Of a stretch of DNA of 64,000 bases, positions 11,140 to 22,910 are shown piece by piece. How positions within the stretch are numbered: the first letter of the stretch is position 1; each line of letters begins with the position of its first letter. The notes below the pieces were generated by a model. That model did not search any database. It saw only the letters and a list, made by a program, of their open reading frames with translations, and was not told the origin of the DNA. A program made the position numbers and the translations under genes. Source of the stretch: Macrostomum lignano (Eukaryota); assembly GCA_002269645.1 (NCBI GenBank), contig NIVC01003898.1, positions 1 to 64,000 on the forward strand, in the 5' to 3' direction.

Positions 11140-11695
11140 CTGCAGACCAGTTGGGAAGGGATATTGCAGGTGTAGAAGCTGCCTCTAGATTGTATTTTTG
11201 ATTCGTTGAATTTCTGGACTGGCTCAATCATTTATGACTGGTTGAGCAGCAATACAAATTATTTTCCTACAAGCTGCAACGCACTTGAATTCCTGGAGGC
11301 CTGTAAGCTTGGATTTTTTTCTTGAGGACAGCTTGGAGAGAGCGGCTATACAGTATCTCCCTAGGGATTTTCTGCCTCGGAAAAAAATAATCCACTATAC
11401 CGGGAGAAGACGAATTGGATGCTCAGCCGACACAATTCTATCGATGTTTGAGCTATTCTTTGCTTCCTCATCAAAGCAATGCTGGTGCAGCTACTAGCAT
11501 AGTTTCGGATTGGAAGCATAGAAAAAAAATTGCTTTTGCAAAGAGTGGCGCATGGAAAGAGGGGGAGTATGGGAAAATTTGAAACCGATGGAGTCGCGGA
11601 CCGACTCATCCGAGTTGTCTCTTGCTGTCTCTGGAGCGACCCTACAGATTCCCGTAGCAGGAGAACAAGTAGGAGATTCTTCAATAAGCTTCGAG

Positions 11696-11697
<2 letters not shown>

Positions 11698-11749
<52 letters not shown>

Positions 11750-11800
11750 CTAAGACAGACAGACAGACAGACACTAAGACAGACAGACAGACAGACACTA

Positions 11801-11856
<56 letters not shown>

Positions 11857-11892
11857 TGACATATAGACAGACAGACAGACAGACAGACAGAT

Positions 11893-11929
<37 letters not shown>

Positions 11930-12105
11930 AACAGACAGACTGACATATAGACAGACAGACAGACAAACAGACACACAGACACTAAGACAGACAAACAGAC
12001 ACAAAGACACTAAGACAGACAAACAGACACTAAGACACTAAGACACTAAGACAGACAAACAGACACTAAGACACTAAGACACTAAGACAGACAAACAGAC
12101 AGAGA
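11698..12105. repeat. (CAGA)n microsatellite with cactaaga interruptions
   Basis: Directly visible. Confidence 0.95.
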
Positions 12106-12523
12106 CACAGGCGCATACTAAGCAATTTGGGATTCACAGTGTGAGCAGTAATCTCACACCGTGAATAATTAAGAAAACAGCGCATTAAGCAAGCAAGGGA
12201 ACTCAGAGCAGCTCAGAGCTCACATCGAAGTCGGGTTTGATCCCCAATCCAGCTTCCAATTACTTTTTCACTGCAGTTTAAACGCGCCTCCGTGATTTGG
12301 AAGGCAAATTATCTATTCGAGCTACAACAGGATTGGGTAATAAAAGTACAACCCAGGAGCTCAACGGGAAGCACTGCCCTGTCCAGTTGCAGTTGAGACG
12401 CGAGCGCGCGCAGATAAAAAGCAAATGCGTGTCCCGGATCGTGGTGGAGTAAACATATGTTTTTGCGGCAAGTAAAATTCTATGGGAAGCTCATATTTAC
12501 GATTGAAAACCGTTGGAACTCAC

Positions 12524-12613
12524 ATGCGAGGACTCCAAGCCCTCCAGCAGCAGCCGGGTCACTTCGAGCTGTTTTTCGAACTCAGCTTGTAGCCGTTCAC
12601 ATTCCTCCTCTGC
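12524..12613 (-). CDS. SH3GLB1: Endophilin B exon 4
   Basis: 90 nt, AEEECERLQAEFEKQLEVTRLLLEGLESSH, matching SEQELRITQSEFDRQAEITRLLLEGISSTH. Flanked by gacAG and GTgagt. Not in the ORF track. Confidence 0.9.
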
Positions 12614-12849
12614 CTGTCAATTGTCCGGTAAACAGAAACTTCAGGGGCCAATGAACGGTTGATTTGCCTTTTTTAGATTGAATCGGCTTAGATATGTGCA
12701 ATGCCTGCGATTAGAATTAAGTACGTAGACAGAATCCACAAATACCACTTCGATTGCTACAGATATCAACTTCAATCCTTGGATAAAAATGAGAATAATA
12801 TCGTTTAATATCAATTGAAGACCTCTAGACATCGACTTAAATCCCCAAG

Positions 12850-14478
12850 ATTCGAACTCAAACCCCTAGATACCAACTCAACTCCCGATGATACCATTTA
12901 AAATTTCCCCAGATACCAACTCAAATTCCATGGGTACCAACCCAAATCCCATAGATACTAACTCAAATCCCATAGACACCAGCTCAAATTCAATAGATAC
13001 CAGCTCAAATTCAATAGATACCAACTCAAATCCAATAGATACCAACTCAAATCCCATAGATCCCAACTTAAATCCCATAGATACCAACTCAAGTGCCCTA
13101 GATACCAGCTCAAATCCAATAGATACAAACTCAAATCCAATAGATACCAACTCAAATCCCATAGATACCAACTCAAATCCCATAGATCCCAACTTAAATC
13201 CCATAGATACCAACTCAAGTGCCCTAGATACCAGCTCAAATCCAATAGATACAAACTCAAATCCAATAGATACCAACTCAAATCCCCTCGATACCAACTC
13301 AAATCCCCTCGATACCAACTCAAATCCCCTCGATACCAACTCAAATCCCCTGAATACCAACTCAAATCCCCTCGATACCAACTCAAATCCCCTCGATACC
13401 AACTCAAATCCCCTCGATACCAACTCAAATCCCCTCGATACCAACTCAAATCCCCTGAATACCAACTCAAATCCCCTCGATACCAACTCAAATCCCCTCG
13501 ATACCAACTCAAATCCCCTGAATACCAACTCAAATCCCCTGGATACCAACTCAAATCCCCTCGATACCAACTCAAATCCCCTGGATACCAACTCAAATCC
13601 CCTCGATACCAACTCAAATCCCCTGGATACCAACTCAAATCCCCTCGATACCAACTCAAATCCCCTCGATACCAACTCAAATCCCCTGAATACCAACTCA
13701 AATCCCCTGGATACCAACTCAAATCCCCTCGATACCAACTCAAATCCCCTCGATACCAACTCAACTCCCGATGATCCCATTTAAAATTTCCCCAGATACC
13801 AACTCAAATCCCCTGAATACCAACTCAAATCCCCTCGATACCAACTCAAATCCCCTGAATACCAACTCAAATCCCCTGAATACCAACTCAAATCTCCTCG
13901 ATACCAACTCAAATCCCCTGAATACCAACTCAAATCCCCTGAATACCAACTCAAATCCCCTCGATACCAACTCAAATTCCCTGGATACCAACTCAAATCC
14001 CCTCGATACCAACTCAAATCCCCTCGATACCAACTCAAATCCCCTGAATACCAACTCAAATCCCCTGAATACCAACTCAAATCCCCTGAATACCAACTCA
14101 AATCCCCTGGATACCAACTCAAATCCCCTCGATACCAACTCAAATCCCCTCGATACCAACTCAAATCCCCTGGATACCAACTCAAATCCCCTCGATACCA
14201 ACTCAAATCCCCTGGATACCAACTCAAATCCCCTCGATACCAACTCAAATCCCCTCGATACCAACTCAAATCCCCTGGATACCAACTCAAATCCCCTCGA
14301 TACCAACTCAAATCCCCTGGATACCAACTCAAATCCCCTCGATACCAACTCAAATCCCCTGGATACCAACTCAAATCCCCTCGATACCAACTCAAATCCC
14401 CTGGATACCAACTCAAATCCCCTCGATACCAACTCAAATCCGCCGGATACCAACTCAAATCCTCTCAATACCAACTCA
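12850..14478. repeat. 21-bp minisatellite (gataccaactcaaatcccctc) in endophilin intron 3
   Basis: About 75 units in two blocks, each starting with the same non-unit header (actcccgatgat..catttaaaatttccccag at 12881 and 13764). Confidence 0.95.
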
Positions 14479-14493
14479 CAAACAGTCACTCAC

Positions 14494-14835
14494 CGCCTTC
14501 TTAGCGGGATCTTGCTTGGCCCGTTTAAGCCTGGCCTTGGCCGAGTCCAGATCCAGCCTGAGATTCTCCAGTGTCCGCCGCTCCCTCTGGATGGTTTTCA
14601 TGTCGCCAGCCAGAAACTGACGCATCGGTCGCAGCATGGCGGCATTGGCGGCGAAGATGAAATCGCGTTCCAGTTGCGCCAGTCGCTGCTCCGTTTGGCC
14701 AACTTTTACCAAGCTGTTGCCGTACTCGCTGCCCGGTCCCAACTCGTTGCCAGACGTTAGCAGAGCGGTACCCAGCTCCTCCAGGGGCGTGGGACGGTCG
14801 CGTTTGCCTCGTTCGAGTTTTTCGCACATCATGTC
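14494..14835 (-). CDS. SH3GLB1: Endophilin B exon 3 (BAR domain core)
   Basis: 342 nt, DMMCEKLERG...ELGPGSEYGNSLVKVG...DMKTIQRERRTLENLRLDLDSAKARLKRAK...KKA. Flanked by cgcAG and GTgagt. Confidence 0.92.
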
Positions 14836-15464
14836 CTGCGGATTGGGTGGGGGGGGGGTTAATATTAATAACTGCAGGAGAGCTGCTCGAGCAGACTTCG
14901 TCCTCCAGTTCCACCTTTGAGCGGGGGGTTCACAAGGTAGAAATTTCACAACGTCAAAAAACTCCCTTTTGAGAGGCTGCTCTGCCTATTCCGCTGACTC
15001 TGTGCCTGGGGGTGGGGGTTGGCCCTCATGGCTGTAAATCGCAAGACAAACCTCAACCGGTCAATTCCCAGATCATGCCAAATCAAGCTCCAGATGAATG
15101 TGGGCAGGGGTGCTTGTACCACCCTGTCTTATCCTTTAGTTAGTGTCTTATTGGCATTTGAAATGTTACAGGCTAAATCAGGGATTTTTCAAAGCCTCTC
15201 TATCCGGCCCTCGAGCGGATCCTTTAAAACTTCACATTAGCAATCCGGTCCGCTCAAGGTTTGCGTCTCTTCTCAGCTCTCTTCTCTCCCCTCATATATT
15301 TTCTTTTGTTCCTTCTCTCTCTCATCTTCTATTCCCTTTACTTTCCTCTCTCATCAGGCCGACCTCTGGGCTAAAGCAAGTCTATTTTTTATTAGAGGCA
15401 GGGGTTGTGTGCACCCTGGCGCACTTTAAGCGACATAGGCACACAACCGGCGAGAGGCATTACT

Positions 15465-15755
15465 GCCCATTCCGCCGACTCCCCTGAGCAGGCACACAAG
15501 CGCGCGGATACGTACGCAGTCATACGCACAGGCACACACTCACACAGGAGTGTACAGCGGCCCTAACTTTATTTTATCGTTAGGCATGTACACTTCACTG
15601 TGCCTTGAAGGGTTGGCTCTCAAGGCCGTTAATTGCACGAGCAGAGCCAAGCCGAGATTCCAATTCAGCCCCAAATTAATGTGACTGCACTTGGAATCGA
15701 GCCTGGGTCGCTGGCACACCAGAGCCTGCGCTAGACCGCTGGGCTACGGCCCCCA
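15465..15755 (-). mobile_element. tRNA-derived SINE, family A, copy 1
   Basis: Reverse complement of 48541-48835, with A-box (tagcccagcgg) and B-box (ggctcgattcc) in the head. Confidence 0.8.
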
Positions 15756-15812
15756 AAGCAAGACACATGAAAGCTAGTGTTGACATGTACAAATTCTGGT
15801 AAAGCAACTTGC

Positions 15813-15968
15813 CTCAACTCGATGAGCTGGATTCGGTTCGAGCACAGCCTCCGTGCTGGCCACAATTCGTTCCGTCCAGTTTTGAGCCTGGTCGGCTGCA
15901 TTAAGCAGATTCTCAAAGTCCGCATCGTACTCAGTTCGCTCCGCTTGGCCCAGCTTCTCTTCCGTGAA
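15813..15968 (-). CDS. SH3GLB1: Endophilin B exon 2
   Basis: 156 nt, FTEEKLGQAERTEYDADFENLL...VLEPNPAHRVE. Acceptor tccAG; donor GCaagt (GC-AG intron). Confidence 0.92.
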
Positions 15969-16592
15969 CTGGATCCAGGATGTTTTTTTGCCAGAAAAAT
16001 AATGAGAGTAAGTTTTTTTACACCAGTTTCTAGACATTTTTCAGTTTGTTCTATATTATATTTTTCTCCAGAGAATACCCACCCTATTCTTCGTAGGGAA
16101 GTGCTTAAACTTATTTTTTAGATTTTTATTTTCTAGGAGCTAACAGCATGTTCAATTTTACATCAATGAAAATTTCTAAAATTAATACAATATTGTTCAT
16201 TAAAATGTATGAATTAAAAAGCTATAAAATATTTTTTGGATCAAATAATTTTTACCCATAAACCGAAACAATTAAAATTCAAAATTTTTTGTTGCTAAAA
16301 TAGTCTTCTAAACCTTTTTAAATTCAAAGGCCAAAGAAAATTTAAAAAGCTAAAAAAATTTCACACTTATCATGCTATTGATTCTATAAATTATTTTGAC
16401 CCATTGTGTTTTGAAGTAGATTTTATTTCTCCATAAATTCATGTGCGTCCTCATATAATATCTTTTATTGCGCTGTACCTAAATTCTATAGAATTATATA
16501 ATGCAGGCATGAAAAATAAAATATTCGACGTAGTGACAATTTAAGCTTTAAGCTTAGCGACCCAATTGAAACTAAAACTTAGGAGTACCAAC

Positions 16593-16649
16593 CTGAACAG
16601 CACGGTTGAAAGAAGCGCTAATGTCCTCAGTAAACTTCTTAAAGTTCAT
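16593..16649 (-). CDS. SH3GLB1: Endophilin B exon 1 (amphipathic helix H0)
   Basis: MNFKKFTEDISASFNRAVQ then GTtggt. Matches endophilin B MDFNVKKLAADAGTFLSRAVQ and its RAVQ|FTEEK intron position. Confidence 0.85.
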
Positions 16650-17557
16650 TTTAATTTTCGCGGACGTTAATTCGAAAGAAAGAAGTATACGAGGGTATCA
16701 CAAAACAGTTTGAATTCGGAACGAACACTCAACACAGAGAGAAAGAGAAAAAGTTGTTTAGCGTTCTCCTTATAAAGATCGTTCTTTTCCAAATTTCCTT
16801 TCAGTTAGTTAACGTGCTGGGTGACGATGAATTTCGAAGTTTGAAGGGCAGTTGACTGAAAGAAACGAGTGTGTGTATGCGAATGCAAAATAAAATATAT
16901 TAAGGGGGATAAAATGATTTTTCGCATTGAATTTGTATAATTAAGTGTAAATAACATGATTTGAAAACTAACTGCTTTGAAACAAATGTTCAAATTTATC
17001 TATTTTATAATGATATTAATCTTTCTTATTAATAATTAACCAGTCTTACTAAACGTCCTAGCTTTTTTTATTTTGTTAAAACATGTTCAGTTAGCACGAT
17101 AACTCAAATGTTCGTAGGTATATTTGTTCCCATCAAATTTTTTCACTAAGTCAAGTTTCGTTGCTATAATCATAAACTTACGCTCTTTTATTTATGGAAT
17201 ACAAAATACGTTGCTATTTTTATGTATTAATTTAACTGCAAATACTTCCATGACGTCAGTTAATGGCAGACCAACGTCATATCATATATAAATGTGTAAT
17301 TCCATATCCAACAAATGTTGCATAGCATACGAATGAATTCGAATAAATTCGCATGATCGGATAAATTTACAAAACTAATAACCTTTTTATACAATTCATT
17401 TAAAATTATAACCATAAATAATCTTTAATGACATTCCAGTTTTCTGTTATTGCACAATTTATTGTACTTACCGGTACGAGCTGGAGCGTACCATGTACAT
17501 GTTAACGCTGTATGTACGCGTGTTTGACACAAGGACTATTCAAGTAACATATATATA

Positions 17558-18118
17558 GGACGCTACACTCGAAATCTATGGTAAATTTTTTGAAGGCAAA
17601 TTTTCGCTGAAAAATACACTATGGAGATAGAAGGTTTTAATTTTTTCAGCACAAAAATTGTTATTGCTTTTGATAGGAGGCAGATCCAGTGTTCATCTTT
17701 TTGATATGTTGTGCCTTTCTTATTGCTCGATCGATATTCATAAAGCTTTTCGTTCAGAAATAGTTTTAAAGGCAGGTTTCACCGGAAAAATACACTACGG
17801 AGATAAGAAATTTCACGATTTTCAACACTAAAACAGTGATTGGGTCTCTTAACAGCGTCAGAGAAAGTTCTAATCACACTATTTTGTGCCTCACATGCTG
17901 CTCTAACGACGCATTAATCGATTTTTCATGTTAAATTGGTCTCGTCATTTTTTAAACGCTTTTTTAAGTGACAGACCAAATTCAGAGCAGCATGTGAGGC
18001 ACAAAATAGTGTGATTAGAACTTTCTCTGACACTGTTAAGAGACCCAATCACTGTAGTGTATTTTTCGGCGAAAAGTTGCCTTCAAAACATTTACCATCG
18101 ATTTCGTGTGTTGCGTCC
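17558..18118. mobile_element. Foldback/MITE-like element 1
   Basis: Termini ggacgctacac...gtgttgcgtcc. Outer arms 17558-17625 and 18055-18118 are imperfect inverted repeats. Inner arms 17834-17904 and 17984-18054 are 71-bp inverted repeats with one mismatch. Confidence 0.8.
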
Positions 18119-18159
18119 TTCTACTTAAGTTGTTCTTGGTTTGACATGTACATGTACTA

Positions 18160-18647
18160 CACCTTTTTGCGTTCCATTTCGATAAAACTGCATTCAATTT
18201 CGGCAAACTGGCTTTTATCTTCGGCATCAGCTACGGCCGCACATCCAAATTGCATTCAATTTCGACAGCGCCAATCTAAAAGAAAAATAAAGACAGAAGA
18301 GAGGGATTCTTAGATTCTGCACAAGTACTGAATTTTGGAGTACAGTTAAGGTGTAATTGAACACGTAAAAACCTGTGCACTCATCAGCAAGCAGAACGAA
18401 CAAAGCGCATATCCAGAAACAATTTACACAGTATGTACATAGTATTTCGTGCACAAGTGATACGCATTCAATTACACCTTAACTGTACTCCAAATGCAAT
18501 AATTGTGCAAACTCTACCTAGGTCCTCTTTTTGTCTTTATTCCCCTTTTAGATTGGCGATGCCAAAATTGAATGCAGTTTCCCGAATTTGAATATCAGTT
18601 TGTCTAAATAAAAACTCGACTTGCCGAAATGGAAACGCAAAAAGGTG
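18160..18647. mobile_element. Foldback/MITE-like element 2 with TA target-site duplication
   Basis: TA|cacctttttgcg...cgcaaaaaggtg|TA. Arms of ~200 bp are imperfectly complementary and include a perfect 28-bp pair (18334-18361 and 18467-18494). Confidence 0.8.
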
Positions 18648-19363
18648 TACGAGTTACGGCTAAATATAAGGAAATTAAAAGTGTCCCAGAAGTTCATGTG
18701 TAACTTTGATTCATTAGAAAGATGTACTCGTAGTTGAAACGGTGGCTCTAAAAACACAAAAAATATACCAATGCACTTTTAAATTGCGAATTCTCCATCA
18801 ACCATGTAAGAGACAAGCGGTTAAAGCCCTTAATTACAAAAGTAGCCTTCAGAAGGGCTTTAGAACGAACATAAGAACTACATGTACGCAGTATAAACAT
18901 GTAAGTGGGCTAGCATCAGCTGACGACATTCGTCAGGTCCTACTCCCTGTCACACTAAGGTTCTGCTTTAATAATTCTTATAGAATCCAGCTTTCTGCAA
19001 CACGTACGCTGCTTTAAATGTAAGTGCAATCCAATGAATTACTACTTTCTGGCGTCTCTTTCTTGCCATGCTAATTACAAAATTTCAAATTTGCGTACCT
19101 GTATGTAACAACAAAAATATTTACGCTCATATTGACATGTAAAGAAAATTTAGAGTTCGCGATTTATAACAGTCAATATACATGCACATAAAGTATTCTG
19201 CAATTCTTTTTTAAAAGTTGCACCACAAGTACATGCGCTCTGAAGCGATGCTTAAGTACAAACTAAACATAATATTTTTAAAGCAGGTAGACACTGCTTT
19301 GTGTTTTCTATACACAGCCGACATTGATGGAAGTTGTATACAAGCGCGCTAATGGCATCGCGC

Positions 19364-19755
19364 TGGCGCCCCTGGTGCTGGCGCCCCTGGTGCTGGCGCC
19401 CCTGGTGCTGGCGCCCCTGGTGCTGGCGCCCCTGGTGCTGGCGCCCCTGGTGCTGGCGCCCCTGGTGCTGGCGCCCCTGGTGCTGGCGCCCCTGGTGCTG
19501 GCGCCCCTGGTGCTGGCGCCCCTGGTGCTGGCGCCCCTGGTGCTGGCGCCCCTGGTGCTGGCGCCCCTGGTGCTGGCGCCCCTGGTGCTGGCGCCCCTGG
19601 TGCTGGCGCCCCTGGTGCTGGCGCCCCTGGTGCTGGCGCCCCTGGTGCTGGCGCCCCTGGAGCTGGCGCCCCTGGTGCTGGCGCCCCTGGTGCTGGCGCC
19701 CCTGGTGCTGGCGCCCCTGGTGCTGGCGCCTCTGGTGCTGGCGCCCCTAGTGCTA
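19364..19755. repeat. 15-bp minisatellite (gcgcccctggtgctg), about 26 copies
   Basis: Directly visible; same family as 56057-56385 in the opposite orientation. Confidence 0.95.
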
Positions 19756-19761
19756 AAGCCC

Positions 19762-20515
19762 TGCTGGTGCTTACATGTAATCCTGGTGCTTACATGTAAT
19801 CCTGGTGCTTGCATGTAATCCTGGTGCTTACATGTAATCCTGGTGCTTACATGTAATCCTGGTGCTTACATGTAATCCTGGTGCTTACATGTAATCCTGG
19901 TGCTTACATGTAATCCTGGTGCTTACATGTAATCCTGGTGCTTACATGTAATCCTGGTGCTTACATGTAATCCTGGTGCTTACATGTAATCCTGGTGCTT
20001 ACATGTAATCCTGGTGCTTACATGTAATCCTGGTGCTTACATGTAATCCTGGTGCTTACATGTAATCCTGGTGCTTACATGTAATCCTGGTGCTTACATG
20101 TAATCCTGGTGCTTACATGTAATCCTGGTGCTTACATGTAATCCTGGTGCTTACATGTAATCCTGGTGCTTACATGTAATCCTGGTGCTTACATGTAATC
20201 CTGGTGCTTACATGTAATCCTGGTGCTTACATGTAATCCTGGTGCTTACATGTAATCCTGGTGCTTACATGTAATCCTGGTGCTTACATGTAATCCTGGT
20301 GCTTACATGTAATCCTGGTGCTTACATGTAATCCTGGTGCTTACATGTAATCCTGGTGCTTACATGTAATCCTGGTGCTTACATGTAATCCTGGTGCTTA
20401 CATGTAATCCTGGTGCTTACATGTAATCCTGGTGCTTACATGTAATCCTGGTGCTTACATGTAATCCTGGTGCTTACATGTAATCCTGGTGCTTACATGT
20501 AATCCTGGTGCTTAC
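19762..20515. repeat. 19-bp minisatellite (cctggtgcttacatgtaat), about 39 copies
   Basis: Essentially perfect array, contiguous with the 15-mer array and sharing the cctggtgct core. Confidence 0.95.
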
Positions 20516-20949
20516 TTTGCACGTAAATATATTCTATGCTGTTTAATTAACAAAATTACAAAAACAAAATTTGGTTGCATGAAGATTCGACATTGAATGA
20601 GCCTTGTTGTGGCAAAGTTAATACTAATTATGAAATATTTTAAAGGCAACACGCAGTGCTTCTGCATTACACGATTGAGAAACCAGTTTTTGCAAAACAT
20701 CAAGAGTGTGGGCCTTTAATATAAGGAGTTGTACAGTAGTTTGTCTTACAGCGCAAAAGTTTCCGTGGGAAACTTAGGCGAACGTTACATTGAATGAAAC
20801 TTTAATGTTTCCAAAGCAAGCAGTACGAGCGGACGTTCGGAAGAATACTTATAAAATGTTTTCATTGCTTCATATGCTTGCATGGTAAACTGACAACCAA
20901 TGGCTGATGACACCATTTGTTCCTCGATCTGTCTACTTGAAATATCTGC

Positions 20950-21345
20950 TACTCTTCCATCTCCTCTCTCCTCTCTCTCATTTCCTCTCTCCTTTCCTCT
21001 CTCGTCTCTTCTCTCTCCTCTCCTCTACCCTCCTCTCTCCTCTCCTCTCTCTTCTCCTCTACTCTCCTTTCCTTTCCTCTCCTCTCTTGTCTCCTTTCTC
21101 GTTTCCTCTCTCGTCTCTTCTTTCCTCTCCTCTCTCGTTTCTTCTCTCTCATCTCCTCTACTCTCCTCTCTCTCTCCTCTTCTCTATCCTTTCTTCTCTC
21201 GTCTCCTCTCTCCTCTCCTCTCTTGTCTCCTCTCTTCCTTCCTCTCTTCTCTCCTTTCTTCTTCCTTCTCACTCCTCTCTTCTCCTGAGTCTCTACAGTC
21301 TCTTGTATTATTCTACTCGAATCTCCTCTTTTCTTCCGCTTCAAC
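20950..21345. repeat. CT-rich low-complexity tract
   Basis: Polypyrimidine ctct/cctct degenerate repeats. Confidence 0.85.
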
Positions 21346-21849
21346 TCCCATTCCGGTCGATCAAGACTGAAAGCAACACACTAATATTTGTTATAATTCA
21401 GCTTTAAAATGTTCCAAAAATTTTTCAATCGCTTCAAAAAGAATTGCCAACGCCGCGATTCTTATAGCTCGCATTAAATCCGAGCATTAAAGCTGGCAGT
21501 GATTTACGACTTAGTCCACATAAAAATGGCTATTTTTCATCTTATCTCTTCTCATACTGGGCCCGGCTTGACCTTCAATCTATATAGTTGAGGCTAGAAT
21601 CTAGCGAATTGGGCCATTTACTACCCCGAGTATTTGCTCACCACTGTACGTTATAGCTAATGCTTCAGATAGCTAAACTAATGTTTGCACATTTGTGTAC
21701 ATGATCCATCCGGGATATTCATCAGGCTCAAGCTAGACTCCAGTCACTGTGTCTTAAGCTCAGTTGAGCAGTTCTCTGTTTGCGGCTATTTTATGAATTT
21801 ATTTATGATCCATCTATGCCAGAGGGGCTTACAGATATGAAGCCAAATG

Positions 21850-22320
21850 AGAGAAGAGTGGAGAGAGAGAGTAAGAAAGAGGAATGGGGAAGGAGGAAAG
21901 ACAGAAATAGGGGAGACGAGGAGAGATTATAATAGAGAAAATGTAAGAGATTAGATTAGAAGGAAAGGGGTGAGATGAGATTAGAGAGAAAGGGGTGAGA
22001 TGAGATTAGAAAGAAAGGGCTGAGATAAGATTAGAGAGAAAGGGATGAGATGAGATTAGAGAAAAAGGGGTGAGATGAGATTAGAATGAAAGGGGTGAGA
22101 TGAGATTAGAGAGAAAAGGGGTGAGAGGCCGAGAGGTACCAAACTTTACAACCCCAGGAAAACAGCTAAAAAAGGGGTTAAAATAAAAGGGGTGAGATGA
22201 GATTAGAGAGAAAGGGATGAGATGGGATTAGAAAGAAAAAGGGGTGAGATGAGATTAGAATGAAAGGGTGAGAGGCCGAGAGTGACCAAACTTTACAACC
22301 CCAGGAAAACAGCTAAACTG
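21850..22320. repeat. GA-rich degenerate repeat with an internal ~46-bp direct duplication
   Basis: gagatgagattagagagaaagggg units; gagaggccgag..accaaactttacaaccccaggaaaacagctaaa occurs at ~22123 and ~22270. Confidence 0.8.
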
Positions 22321-22744
22321 CTACATGCATGGTAAGCATCCAATTTTAAAGCATGTGATGATACATGTACATGTACATGCACGAGCGTACATGTACATCT
22401 ACCTCGAAAACTTGTACAAAACAAGATAGATGGCAAACAAGAAAGAAAGAAAATTAAAAAAAAACTGATAAACTTCGCTTTTAGGGTCGCGCTTCTTAGA
22501 TTTGCGATGCCAGAGTTACGTAACTGGTTCAGAAATCACAGAACAGTCTGCTTACGCAATATAGTCTCTTTTTACTAAGCAAATTTTAACGTTTGCTGCT
22601 GTGATTCGGTTTTGTTTGGAAATGTTTTAACATTTTCATTTTTTGACATTTGCACTGCATGCGTTTTTTCAAGTTTTTCCTGATTCCTCTTGCGGGAGCG
22701 CGTTGAAAACATTTTTGAAGATTGTTGAAAATGATTAAAAATGA

Positions 22745-22910
22745 TGTGGGGCGATTCTCTAAGATTGTGGGGCGATTTTCTAAGATGATGGGGCGATTCT
22801 CTAAAAGTGTCTTGGGGCGATTCTCTAAAAGTGTCTTGGGGCGATTCTCTAAGATTGCGGGCGATTCCCGAAGATTGTGGGCGATTCCCGAAGATTTTGG
22901 GGCGATTGTT
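22745..22910. repeat. Short ~21-bp tandem repeat (ggggcgattctctaagattgt)
   Basis: About 8 diverged units. Confidence 0.8.

Noticed and set aside
11560-11695. [10 protein letters not shown] as a candidate endophilin exon 4
   Set aside because: A much better exon with canonical splice sites was found at 12524-12613.
11361-14760. Long ORFs such as SVCL, RGFELVS, DTNSNP and SWYRGDL repeats
   Set aside because: These are stop-free translations of (CAGA)n and the 21-bp satellite, open in several frames and on both strands, and they lie inside endophilin introns.
19308-19818. TRGAS / LAPLV / WRPWC repeat ORFs (also 55995-56534)
   Set aside because: 15-bp satellite open in multiple frames, with no synonymous-site pattern.
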